Source of the DNA: Perkinsus olseni
Taxonomy: Eukaryota
Length of the DNA stretch: 52,816 nt
Reading direction: 5' to 3'
Assembly: GCA_013115125.1 (NCBI GenBank)
Contig: JABANN010000211.1
Coordinates: 1-52,816 of the forward strand
Shown here: positions 26,080-37,722 of the stretch, one piece after another
Numbering within the stretch: position 1 is the first letter of the stretch
Layout of the letters: every line of letters begins with the position of its first letter
Notes under the pieces: generated by a model
Seen by the model: only the letters and a program-made list of their open reading frames with translations
The model's database searches: none
Told to the model about the DNA's origin: nothing
Position numbers and translations under genes: made by a program

Positions 26080-28194
26080 CTACCCGAGCAGGCCCTTTCC
26101 TGAAGTCTCTTCCTCTTGCTCATTACCGCTCTCCTCTCCCGCCTCAGACTTCACCATTCGCCGCTTCGTTACCCTCGGAGTCACCGAGTCGGGTGACTTC
26201 ACCCCATCCCCTTCTCCTTCGTTCTCATCGTCCTCGTCCTTCTTGCATTCCCTAGGCGACGGTGGAAGCACCGTACCTGTCCGACAGAATACCTCATCCC
26301 ACCGTCAGTTTCACTACGCAGTGCTGCTGCTGGTGGTATTACTAGCTCTGGAATCATCCCGCACCCTACTGCTGTCCTCGATACTCTCACGACGTCTCTT
26401 CCTACCGATCCCTCTGGACCTCGGAGGAGTGAGCGGCGGCAGGGCAGACAGCCTCAGACTGGGGCATGGGGATGACGACGGGGCCTGGAGGAAAGGCGGC
26501 CTCAGTAAGCAGGTCTACTAAGTCATGCCAAGGGCTAGCGAACGGTAAAACGGTAAATGTCGAGCATGTGGGGAGACCTATATTAGGGACTCGACGAGAA
26601 TGTGAATATGAACGAATAACCCTTTCGAGAATCACCAAGCACGGGCCTGTCCCACTACGCGGATGGCCCTAACACTACCTCCACGACCACACGGGGCAAT
26701 CCCGAGTCCGATACGTTACTCCTGCGATGCGGCAGGCGCCTGTCCGACACCTACCACACGGCAGTAGCAGCAGCACGGCTTCACCTAGCACTGCCCCGTC
26801 GTCCCTACAGCTACTTTCCTGTGTGGTGCAGAGCCGAGTCGAGGTACATCACATACCGGAGGGCAGGGACTCGGGGCCCTCCTTGCTGAGCTAGGCCTGC
26901 CGGAGTTTCTGGGCTCCACCATTCCCACTGTAGAAGCGGCCACTTCAACCATCACCGACAAGCTGGCAGCAGATAGCCTGAGACGCCCATCACAACACGA
27001 GAGAGGCCAGCATTGATGAAACACTATAATGAGATACACACACGGACTGGGTAGATCATAGAAGCTCTTCTCTCAGCTCCATCATCCTACGGCCGTTCAT
27101 CACCACCTTCCGTCGCCTCTTGGCCTCGGGTGGGGTGCAAGGAGGGCTGTTCGGTGAAGCTGATGCCGCAGTACCTACTCGTCAAGATGATCGAGGATAC
27201 TTCCAGGAGGAGACTCTCGCCCTATGCTGCCCATTCCCTCAAGCCAGACAAATCCATAGGATCGGAGACCGACTCGAAAGAGGCTCATGTTAGCGCGCAG
27301 AGGAGGGTTCCAGTAATACTTCGAATAAATTCTACCAGTGGTAGAGTGCCACTCTTATACGTAGTTGCAGTTTTCGTTGACATCTAGGTTGGGATAATAT
27401 TCAAGTACTGGATGTGAAGACCCCATCGTCGGGAGCTTTCCGAGGCTACTGGTTGCAAAATACATACATTCTCGAGTATCGGGTTCACTTTACATCGCAT
27501 CACTCTTCACATTCCAGCAGCACCGTCTACACCCTGCGGGAGCCTTCCTCTACTATTTCTAGCGCACGAGGCTCCGTCGGAAGGCTGAGGGATTCCAACT
27601 CCTTCACTCAGCGAGAAAATCGGAATAATTATTGCTTCAGCCGCTCCCAACTCGTAATGGTCTATGAAGCGGCAGAACAGTAACGAGGACTCGACGACTC
27701 CCACAGCCCCCCTGCCCATCCCCTACTTACTGACAGCGGACTGCGGGGTGTTGAAGGAGGGGAACTCCATAGCTTTCTGAGAGACACCAACACCATACCT
27801 GCCGTACCAACGCTCCGTCAGCACTACCATCGAGGAGGGTGTCGACAGCGACTCTGGTTTGGCCGCAATCTCCTCGCTCGCCAATACCGGCACTGATAGG
27901 CTTGGAAGGGCCTCTCCCGATGACAGATGGCTCGGCTTCGGTAATCCCTATAGCAACAACCCAGTGAAGCCACCCATGACCGGCAGCAGCTCACCGTAGG
28001 CCTGGCAGGCTCGCCCAATGACGGCTGCCCGCCATCACAGCACCGCCTCTGCACCGACAGCTGGGGCAGTGCTGTGTTCGGCTGATACTCCAAAATACGC
28101 CGAGATTCTTCCGACATTCTGAACTGCTACAATGAGGAGAATCAACAAAGCCCCTCCGAGAAGCGCAACACGACGATTGAGGAGAGAAGTCCAT
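26080..28194 (-). CDS. Hypothetical spliced protein with acidic/Ser-rich C-terminus
   Basis: Multiple minus-strand exons with GT-AG sites; terminal exon ECKKDEDDENEGEGDG..KRRMVKSE; no recognised domain. Confidence 0.4.
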
Positions 28195-28199
28195 GTTAG

Positions 28200-30949
28200 T
28201 CATGGTCCGAGCCGCTGTAGGAGTGTCTTCCAGCCGTCCACTGCACTAGGTATTAAACTGTGGCTGACATAATGTCTGATTCTCCTGGAGTTCTCCTTGG
28301 CCTCGCTCAACGTGAAGGTCTGTAACTTGCCCTTAAGATCCTCTTGGGAGTCGAAGTAGCGAAAGAAAGGCCTCGTGTAGAAGAAGCTGAAGTTCAGCCA
28401 GTACCTGCTATGGCGCCATCCATCACACCAGTACGACCAACAACGACCAGCCCCTTTATGGCCACGACGACCGCCACGAGGGACGCCTCTGCTTCAAAAA
28501 TCCCTCGTCATGACCGACTGTAGCCGTTCACAAAATCATGACCAAGCCCCGAGCAAGGACTCCGTTATCCTCATCACCAGCCCCACCTCGCCGCTCCCTC
28601 ATCACCAAACATGTCCCCAGGGGGGTAAGGATCACCCGACTCCTTGGCCGTCCACCCCTCAGCATAGCACTCCCGACCAGTGATAGTATCGTACCTGCCA
28701 GGCCCGCTAGAGAAGCAGAAGTCGACCAGAGAGCAGTACATCGTAGGGAACTTCTTATCAGTCGCATTGAGGACCAGCTGCACGAGGTAGGTAAGGGATG
28801 GTACCTGACCCTCCGTGAAGGCTACTCAGCTGCGTCGCGCGCCTACGAAAATGGTGATGCCAGCGCTGTACTGCTCCACGAGGGCGCAGATGGTAGGGGC
28901 GTAAGGTACCCAGACGACAGCCTTATGACGTACAAGATCCTCCACTTCGAACCGTGGATACCTACAGCCCAAACGAGCTGCTTCGCTCCGCTAACGATCT
29001 CGTATTTTTCACCGCCCTACACCTTCCTGACCTTCATCAATATATCTCCTACTGCAGGCTTGAGGATGCGCTTATAAATATAGTTATTCGGGTCAAAGCG
29101 ATCAGGATAGTTCTTGCGGGCCGGGAAGTAGAGAACCTAAGGCCCCTCCCAGTACCCTCAGCCCACCATCAACAAGCATACCCCACCAAGTCCTTGCTGG
29201 CTCGGTCCCCCTCCGACACACGATTGGACCGGGCCAACCAGGTGGGGTTCACGCAGGTATCAATGAGCGGTATCTCAGCCACGGGCACTCCGATGAAATG
29301 GTGCATATGATGGACATCAAAGAGGGATATAGCGCCTACAGGAGGGACTGCAGGGGGGAGGGCAGCCCCAGCAGTCGCCACTACCCAGAGCAGCCAGCCC
29401 GTCTGCTTTCCCCTCGACAAATAGACGGCGTAGGTCGTTGCTCCAATCACATGAATCGTTCGGCTGTTTGAAGTTCTGGTCGAAACGCCAACCTGAGCTC
29501 CGCCCGCTGGCGTTGCAACCATGCACGCCACGCTGGCTTCCACGGATGAGATCCCCTCATCAATGCTCTCGAGGGCCAGTCGGCGGTAGTTAAATGCGAT
29601 TCCCTCACCCGGCAGTATGATGAGTTTCTTTCTAGTACGCAGGCTCCCCTCCATCTCGAGCATGAGTCTACACAGCGGCCCCGGTGGGAAGATGCACAGG
29701 AACGTTTCGCTACTGCGGAACTCGGGACGACCCTCCAGTATCTACCTCGAGCACCTCCATTCTACCACTCACTATGATACACAGAATAAGTGAATGATGA
29801 TACTCCAGAACGCCCCGAGATGTAGCGAATCCTAACCTCATGCATGCTCTACACGGAGTCCAAAGATATTCCCCAACCCAATTCGACGATACCCCAGCAT
29901 ATGACTCCCTACGACCTCAATCTCAATGCGCAGCTCCAGACGCCCGCAGAAGATGCCACACAGCGTACGTCCCATACCACACCAAACGGAGCACGACAGG
30001 AAGGCGTACCAGTATCCCACTCTACCTCATAGTATTTGACCTTCTCCTCCGCTGTGAACTCAGTGACATGATGCTTCTTACCTCCCCGGGCACCCGGTAG
30101 CTTCTCTGCTGCATCCAAGGCCTACCATACGCCCAAACGAAAACGCCTCTATGCAGTACAGTAGAGCAACTCACAGCTTTCTCCTTTGGACTTCTCGGAG
30201 GGTCCAGGCCATCGTTCTGAGGGGCAACACGCGTCCACCACAGGGGACAGAGCAGCGAGAACTCACGTGGAAGGGCGACCAGCAGGAGATGAACTGAGCG
30301 AATTCACAGTAAGGACCTGCACGGCCCGAAAAGAGGACAAGGCGGAGGCACCCTGGCTCACCGAAGTCGTAAAAATACGCTTTTTCTATCAGTTTATGCG
30401 CGCTCAGTATCTGCGCTATCTGATCGACCATGTTATGCGCCGCGACCGTGAAGACTTTTATCTTGCGGAATGGACTGCAGCAAGGGACCATTCAACTCAC
30501 GGCACCTCGCCTTCCACCATACCCATTCCCCGGCGGCGATAGGATCTCGACTTCCACAGGCAGCTGCCGATAATCTTTAACCGACCTGACCGTGCTAGCC
30601 ACGGTCTCCCTTCCACCACCAGTATCCGATCCAACACCAACTCTCTCGAAAATAACGGCCTCATGCAGTATCTATAACCTCCACCCTCAACCAGCAGCAG
30701 CGACCCTGCCTGCCTGTGCTCACCCCTAGGAGGACCAACGCTACCGTCAGAAAGACACCAACTGTAATCCATGTTGATCGAGATAAAGTACTTGGTTCCA
30801 TGCTGATGCAGTCACAAAATCATCTTCACTCTCACATCAATAACTTTTCCGTGCGCCCGCCGATCGTCATGCCAGGGTAGAAAACACAGAATCCAGTAAT
30901 AGCGTTCATAGAAACTAGTCATCATACCATCTCCACAGAAAAAACTCAT
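28200..30949 (-). CDS. Uncharacterised glycosyltransferase-like (GT-B-like) protein
   Basis: Spliced motifs in order: VFTVAAHNMVDQIAQIL, PEFRSSETFLCIFPPGPLCRL, HFIGVPVAEIP, YPRFEVEDLVRHKAVVWVPYAPTICALVEQYSAGITIF|VPSL, YWLNFSFFYTRPFFRYFDSQEDLKGKL. The VVWVPY..LVEQY..GITIFVPS segment resembles a GT-B donor-binding loop. Start codon uncertain. Confidence 0.6.
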
Positions 30950-30959
30950 GTCGCCCGAC

Positions 30960-32860
30960 TCAGTTCTTGAGATGCTCAGCGTGGAACTTCAAGTGGTCCT
31001 CCATGAAGGTCGCGACGAAGAAGTAGGAGTGGTCGTATCCCGGCTAACACGGGAAACACAGAGTCAAAGACAGGCCACGCGGAAGGCGCCCCACCCTCTC
31101 ATTGAGGTCTAGGTGAACGTTCGGGTTGCCAGCAGCCACGTCGCGGAACTGACGGCATCTAAGCTGGTCCACAGGGGCATTGACATAGACGAAATCTTCG
31201 AACCCAACGTCAATTTTCACGTCCAGGGCAGGACCTAAAGAGACAACACTGACCACCTTCGACCACAGCCTAGAACCGTCCCGGCACAAATCACGGTTCC
31301 ACACAGGAGAGTTGTAGTGACGGCGAAGCTATCCGCTGTCAAGATGGCTGTTCGAGACTGGAATCAATCATGGGCTATAACGAGTGCCAACAACGAGTGT
31401 AAAGGGCGAAATAATTCCACCAGAATTACGGAGCTCAAATTGTACGGAGATCATTCGACCTAGATGGTATCATCAAAGTCCACTGCGGATTCTCAGCACT
31501 GCCATAGTAGGTAAACTATGATCGTACGAAAAGGCCGACCTGCGTATTTCTGAGCCAGGCAGCATGCATCGTGCTCCTTCCATCTGCTCTTATCATCATC
31601 CCCAAAGAACCGGCCAAACGCCTTGAATCCCCTGAAGACGGAATCTTGCAATCTTGCCATTCCTCAATGCCGCATTTCCTCCTACCATGGAGTTTCGCTC
31701 AAGTTGCATGCGGGTGCGAAGGCAGAGGCGCTCTGATGAAAGTGAGACAATAACAGCTGCCTACTACTACAGACGTCAGACCAACGACGATCTTCGAAAC
31801 GACATCGGCAATTCTCTTAAGCGCACCGTGTGATGGAAGATGATTCCGGAAGGTGTTCTCTATCAAATTCGGGGGAAGGAACATGGCAAAACAAAAGGCA
31901 AGCAAAAGAAGTACAAATCCTGGTATCAAATGGCAATTCATCGAAACAAGCAGAATATCGTTTCCTCCCTGCCTGCTAACGGACAGATACCATCGAACCT
32001 CCCCCAGGCTTCGCACTGTCATAAATCCTCACCGGGTCGTTACCTTGTACTTTCCAGGGTTCTTCAGCGCAACGGTCAATGAGCCATGGCCACCAACACT
32101 ATGGCCCATAACGCTGCAGTTGTTCGTATCAATCTGTTGAAAACTCTCTCCTAGCAGCGCAGGGAACTCACTGGTGACGTAAGTGTACCTCAAGCAGGGC
32201 AGCCCTGACCAAACGAAGCGGGTGGGCCCGTACATGTTGTAGTTCTTCCTCCAAGGGTCCTGCGTGGCATCAACATAATACCCAGCCCCTACGCCAAAGT
32301 CCCACTCGTCCTCCTCCCCAGGTATGCCAGCACCTAGCAACCGGCTAGGACGGAAGGCACCGTGCACGAGAGCAGCTTTGCGACAGCCCTGACCCACCTC
32401 TCGGCGATGTATCAGGGCATGCAACGGCCAATCCCAGAGCCGAGGCGACGCGCTGGTAGCCTGAGTGGGAAGTAGGGACACCCTACGGGAGTTCAAGACC
32501 TCACCGGCTTTCTCGGTGACGTTAAGATCGGAGCATGTAAGACCCGAGAGATAGTATACCACCGGGACCTACAGCAAACGTTGAGTGACCGACTAGGCGC
32601 AGGTTCTATCCCAGCGAGATACATTTATTCTGAAGTACTTGCCTTCTTGTTGGGCGTCGCGCTGTCGGGTATAAAAATAGAGAAGGTGGCCTCCAAGTTC
32701 CCCAGGCACTTCGACAGATGACTGAAGCGATAAGTAGTGCCTGACAGCCCACAATTTCATGGCGCGTGACGCTCCGGGCTCGACGATGCTCACCATTTAC
32801 CCACTCACCCTGGAACGAGCGATTCTTGCGGACGAGCGTGAGTGCTGGATTGATGGACAT
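30960..32860 (-). CDS. ESD: S-formylglutathione hydrolase (esterase D)
   Basis: MSINPALTLVRKNRSFQG|..FSIFIP..|VPVVYYLSGLTC..PDTSPRG..WDFGVGAGYYVDATQDPW..MGHSVGGHG..ALKNPGKYK|SASAFAP..PWG..GYDHSYFFVATFMEDHLKFH*. Confidence 0.96.
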
Positions 32861-32868
32861 GAGGAATC

Positions 32869-33484
32869 TCAAATAAAATCTTGGGAGTATCCAAGGTTGA
32901 TCATGGCGTCTGACAAAAACTGAAGTCCGCCAGTAGACTCCCTGCCCTCTAGTCAGCGCCCTCTTCACAATACCACAGGGTTGTGTATGGGCTTGCGTGC
33001 AGAGAAGCCAGCTAACTTTTGGATCGACAGGAGACAGCAAGGGCGTGTCACCGTGTTGCGGTCGAAGGGCATCCACTCGACCTTGCACAGTACAGGCAGC
33101 AACCACCTACGAGAAGTAGCTACTATGCAACGACTGTATGGCAATTAACTCAGGCGAGCAATGCACTGTCAAGCCTGGGTATCAGTGGTAGCTTATCACC
33201 CACTGCCTTACTGTCTGCGAATGAAGACAGACGCACGCCTGCACAGACTGCCTCGTCGGGGTTCGCCCCCAGAGCCCTCACTCTAACTTAGGTCTCGTGA
33301 AGTGTGGATGATGCGTGAGTATAAACCGGGACAATCTATTTGTCAGAGAACAAAATCGAGGAACCTTTAAGAGAGACTCAGGGAAACCCGATGGCGGCGA
33401 TGATCTTGCACGATCAACCCGTGGCGCAGAGGGACAGCACGCACTGATGACAAAGACGAGTAACCCTACTTCCATGAGGACCAT
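32869..33484 (-). CDS. Small hypothetical protein with possible signal peptide
   Basis: Hydrophobic start MVLMEVGLLVFVISACC, followed by plausible GT-AG exons; model tentative. Confidence 0.3.
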
Positions 33485-33681
33485 ATAAAGGGGGCTAAAT
33501 CAACGATACGTTGCTAAGCAACGTATCGCTGATTTCAAGTGACCTTAGTGACCCTCAGCTAAGCTAACGACAAGCAACGTTGCTTGTCTTCATGTTAGCA
33601 ACCAAGGTGAGGTCACAAGGCCGATGATAAACTCGACACTCCAGATCATCAGAGACATTCTTCGCTAGGCTCCAGTGCCCT

Positions 33682-35452
33682 CTAGTCCTCCTTCTTCCTC
33701 TCATCTCCCTTATGGACCTCAGCCTTGGACATAACACCGACCATGCCAACCTGACCGCCGGATATCGCCGTTATCCAGTCATAGACTTCCGTAGGGAGCA
33801 GGGCCGACATCAACAGGGCAAAGGCTAGCGGCCATCGAGGCAGGCATAAGACCTACCAAGCAACGCCTACTCGACAGGGCACCTCATCAACTACTCACCT
33901 CCTTCCCGTTAATGATTGCTTCGTTTATGATGGCCTTAGCAACGTAGCTACAGTCTAATGGTGGGCACAAAAACAACACTAGTTTCTCTGGTAAAGTCGG
34001 ATGGGCAAAGGCACCGTCGAACATCTGAAAGCAAAACGGCCTTCATTCCCTTCAGTGCTGCCGCTCCACGGGGACCTACCGGGCTATCCTTAACAAGGAA
34101 AGGGCACACCACAGAAAGCCGTACAGGATGCTTCTGCTGCTGGCGATTTTCTAATCTCATGCACTGATGTAACGTCACCAACGCTGCCCTGAAAGGAGCA
34201 GACGTCCGTCCCTCAGCCCTCGACACCCGGGCGATCAAACGTACTTGGATGCACAGTAGGCGGACAGGAAGGCGCTCGCTGAGAAAGCCATAGCGCTCGA
34301 AATGGAAACGAAGGATACTAGGTCAAGGGAATTGGCCTCGGAGAGGGACTCATGCAAAAACAGAGAGTAGAGCAGCTGATGGGACGCTACATTAACCTGA
34401 ATGGGGAGGACAGGGATGCTCGACAGCAGCAGCCATCGCGGACACTGGTCCACGGCGTGATGATGACGGACTCACATCTAAAGTTGCCAAGAAGTTGGAG
34501 TGGGAAATATCCTCAGTTAGTCCAGCATGGAGCACTCCAGCATTGCATATGACTATGACCTGAGTGGAGACGCTCTATCAAGTACCAGCATCAACAAAAG
34601 ATACGCTCCCGACCGTCAACCATGCTGCTCCAGAAAACGCCGAGAACAGCCTTTCCCTCGAACAACAGCCCCGTTCGCTCTCCATAATAACAATCATGCT
34701 GTCTACACCGCAGGTAGAGGTGCCCATCAAGTCACAATGAGCCACGACCAGACACTTACCCGCTTGGCCCCCGACTCAACCACAGCCTTGACTCCGGCCT
34801 TCACGGCAGCCTCATCAGTAACATCAACTTGGCGGTAGGTGATCTTAGTGTTAGCGCTCATCAACTCTACAGAATCATCCTTCTTCTCGTGAGCCCGAGC
34901 ATCCCACGCATGAATCCTTCGGGGATGGACCCGGCCTACTCGAACGACGCATGGCCTCGAAGCGAGAGGCGAGCAGCTTACTCTGAGTGGATAGCAGCTC
35001 CTTCAGGACGGCCTGCCCGACTCCGCCAGATGCTCCGGTCAGTACTACCTGTAGACGGAAATGGAGCCTTAGATGAATTGTTGGGAAAAGTGTGGTACTA
35101 CGCCTGATACGTGAAACACGATAACTTATCAAGTATTGCAGAGCGATACACGAGGCGAGTCGAGCTATGCTTCGAAGAGCAAGATGCGGAGCCTCATGCC
35201 ATCACACCCCAACTCTTTCTGCGATCAACTGTACAAGGAAGGTGCCAATAATACCGCGAGGCGCTGATGATGAGCTCATCTCATGCCCCCCACGCACTCT
35301 CCAATATTGGACCCCCCACCTACATCGACTTCATCTCCTGGCTCCAGATGCAGCACTCCTCGCATCAGGTTGGCCAATGCCTGGATGAGCAGCAGGATGC
35401 CGCATGCTACTAGGGCGATGCTGCCCAGTACACAAATCACAAAGTATAACAT
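33682..35452 (-). CDS. Membrane-anchored short-chain dehydrogenase/reductase (RDH10/HSD17B11-like)
   Basis: N-terminal TM helix, VVLTGASGGVGQA (TGxxxGxG), VDVTD, ICNAGV, VSISSA..SAYCASK (YxxxK), VVCPFLV, MFDG..PPLDCSYVAKAI. Confidence 0.9.
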
Positions 35453-35540
35453 TGAGAGGCTGAGAGTAACATCAGAATGGCCGCCCAAACCCCCCAACTC
35501 AACAACAGCCGACAGCCGAGAACTCAACAATACAGGTACC

Positions 35541-37448
35541 CTACTTCCCGCCATTGCCACCCTTAGCGGCTCCCCCCGCTGCAGCCGCAGCCTGCTTTGG
35601 ATCTGAAACCGTGGATGAAGGAGCGCCAAAAGTCGCTGCCAAATATTACCTTCATCCTGACCCATGGCTGAGGTGAGAAGGAACAAGATGAGGATAACCC
35701 ACCACTGAAATGACCCACGAACTCCGCTGAGTACCGTAACTTTCGTAACTTCCCTACATATTTCCTCAGGAATCCCTGCTCAGCCTGAGGATCCTCTTCC
35801 ACTTCATATTCGCCTTCATCGAGCTGCTCCTCCGCCTTCTGACTCACCCCAGCTGCGGCCTTCTTCTCGCCATTCCCCGACCCATTGGCCTCTGACATCA
35901 CACCGAGGTCGTCACAGCCCGATAAAGCTTCAAAAGATGCGGTCTTCATACGAGGACAGCACCCGAATGGGAAAGTAATGCCACCGAGAAGCGGCAGTCC
36001 ACATCGAAATTCCCCAAGGCTCCACATCCATGGCGTGCCCACCCGCACCATCATGTATAGTCACCGATGCGCCGACCTTTACAAACCGCATTACCAAAGC
36101 GCGTCTTCTGAACCCTTCTCTTGGGCACGGGGATGGCAGGACCCTTAGTGACGGTCATCGAGTGTAAAGCTGCAGTAGTAGCTTGAAACAGAGGAGCACC
36201 GAGCTGAAAAAGATCAGGGAATCTTAAGGTTATCCATGCAAGGTACAAAAAAGTCGAAGCCCATCACCGGCGGTGATTCACCGCCACCTACAGTCTTTCT
36301 AACTCGATATCCAACTGACTCCAAGTTGCCTTCGTCATCCATATGCAGTGTAATATGTTCCGTGAGGCTTCCCGACTTCGCCGCCAGAGCCGAAGCCCCT
36401 CCCACTGTGGGGGCCGTCAAAGTGTCTCGGAAGACCTACACAGCAAGCCTCGGCTACCAATACAAAGCGAAGCGGTGCCGCCACAAAACACACACCAACG
36501 CTCGTCTGAAGCGCTGTCACGAAACGGCTAAGGTCTTTCAGTTCACAGAAAGTCTTCTTGGAAATAGCAGTACTCGCCAAACCGGCCCTCCGTCAGACCC
36601 CGACTACCTTAACAGGGATACTACTCTGAAGATAGTCCCCATCTCCTTTCAAGACTCGCAGTTGGACCAGGGAATTATCGCCTAGAGGTGAGGATTAACC
36701 ACTCTGCTTCGCTCCGCTAAGATGCTACGTAGATTTTCCTTATTCAGGACCTTATCTCTGAGGAGAGGACCGTACTTCCTCGAGTACTCCGAGTTTTGCT
36801 GCAGAGTAACCTGACAGCTGGCATTCTAGAAGCAAAGGCGTTAACCGCCCTGACCCAGTTCAATGCACGGCGATAACACGCTAACACTTCCCTTCCCGAA
36901 ATTCCACGATCCGCCGGTAGTGAACACTCGACTATCGCACTATATGGTAATATGCACGCTACGATATGAGTTAAAAATACCGTAATGAACGGATGAACAT
37001 ACGTATTATACGATAGACACGGGATGTATTCGTGTACTGTAAGGTACGATGTACTCGAGGTTGGTAAGACCCGCCGAATCAAGTCTCACAGGCAATTTCA
37101 AAACTATCCATTCATAGTAGGGGAGGTTCCCAGGCAGAGCTTGATAACGACTTAAAGATACCATAGCATTATCAGCGGATCTCACAGAAACTTCAGCACC
37201 CGGCGAGAACACGTAGTGCAAGCTCGGGTGCATCCCCACCATAAGCCTTAGCCTCTGCCCAGAACCCTTGCCCCCCATACTACCTTCCCATCCTCTATCT
37301 TCAACAACCCCCTATTAACACATTTATCCCCATCAATACAGTGCTGCACTGGATAGCTCACAGCCGTCGCTGCATCAGTAGCAGAAACAAGTCCCAGTAG
37401 AGCACAACAGACGCTCAGGCGGATGAACTGATGATACGGACGTAGCAT
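35541..37448 (-). CDS. ER membrane protein complex subunit 10-like
   Basis: Signal peptide MLRPYHQFIRLSVCCALLGLVSA; LTEHITLHMDDEGNLESVGY; C-terminal QGFLRKY|WWVILILFLLTSAMG (EMC10-type FxxKYW TM) and Ala/Gly tail. Confidence 0.75.
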
Positions 37449-37722
37449 GGCCTTAGAAGAAAAATCAACTGGCATAATACCCAGCAGCATGGCGACACTA
37501 AGGGCCGTATAACCGTGAGGCGTCATCTCAGGCTGCACAAAACTACCACCATTCAGAGCCTTCAAGTCCTGGAATACTCGTCGCGCACGCCGCAGGATAC
37601 TCCCTGCAGAGGGAGTACCATCACCCTTGTGATCGACCCGTCATACATACCCCTATGCCAAGTCCCATCCGCCGCGTCGCGCGCCACAAAACTCAACACT
37701 ACCGTATACGAGCAAGAATGCC

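Noticed and set aside
28200..29700. Artemis/SNM1 beta-CASP nuclease similarity
   Set aside because: No HxHxDH, HCPG or TGD motifs. The correct reading frame fits a glycosyltransferase-like family better.
31338..31350. Partial match to the perkinsid spliced leader (AGCCATCTTG on the minus strand; also GGCTCAAG near 44118 and 52332)
   Set aside because: Only 8-10 nt match, with no full 21-22-nt leader or SL RNA context. Expected by chance.
33590..34560. Separate plus-strand gene
   Set aside because: The region is the 3' half of the minus-strand SDR (NAG, YxxxK and VVCP motifs).
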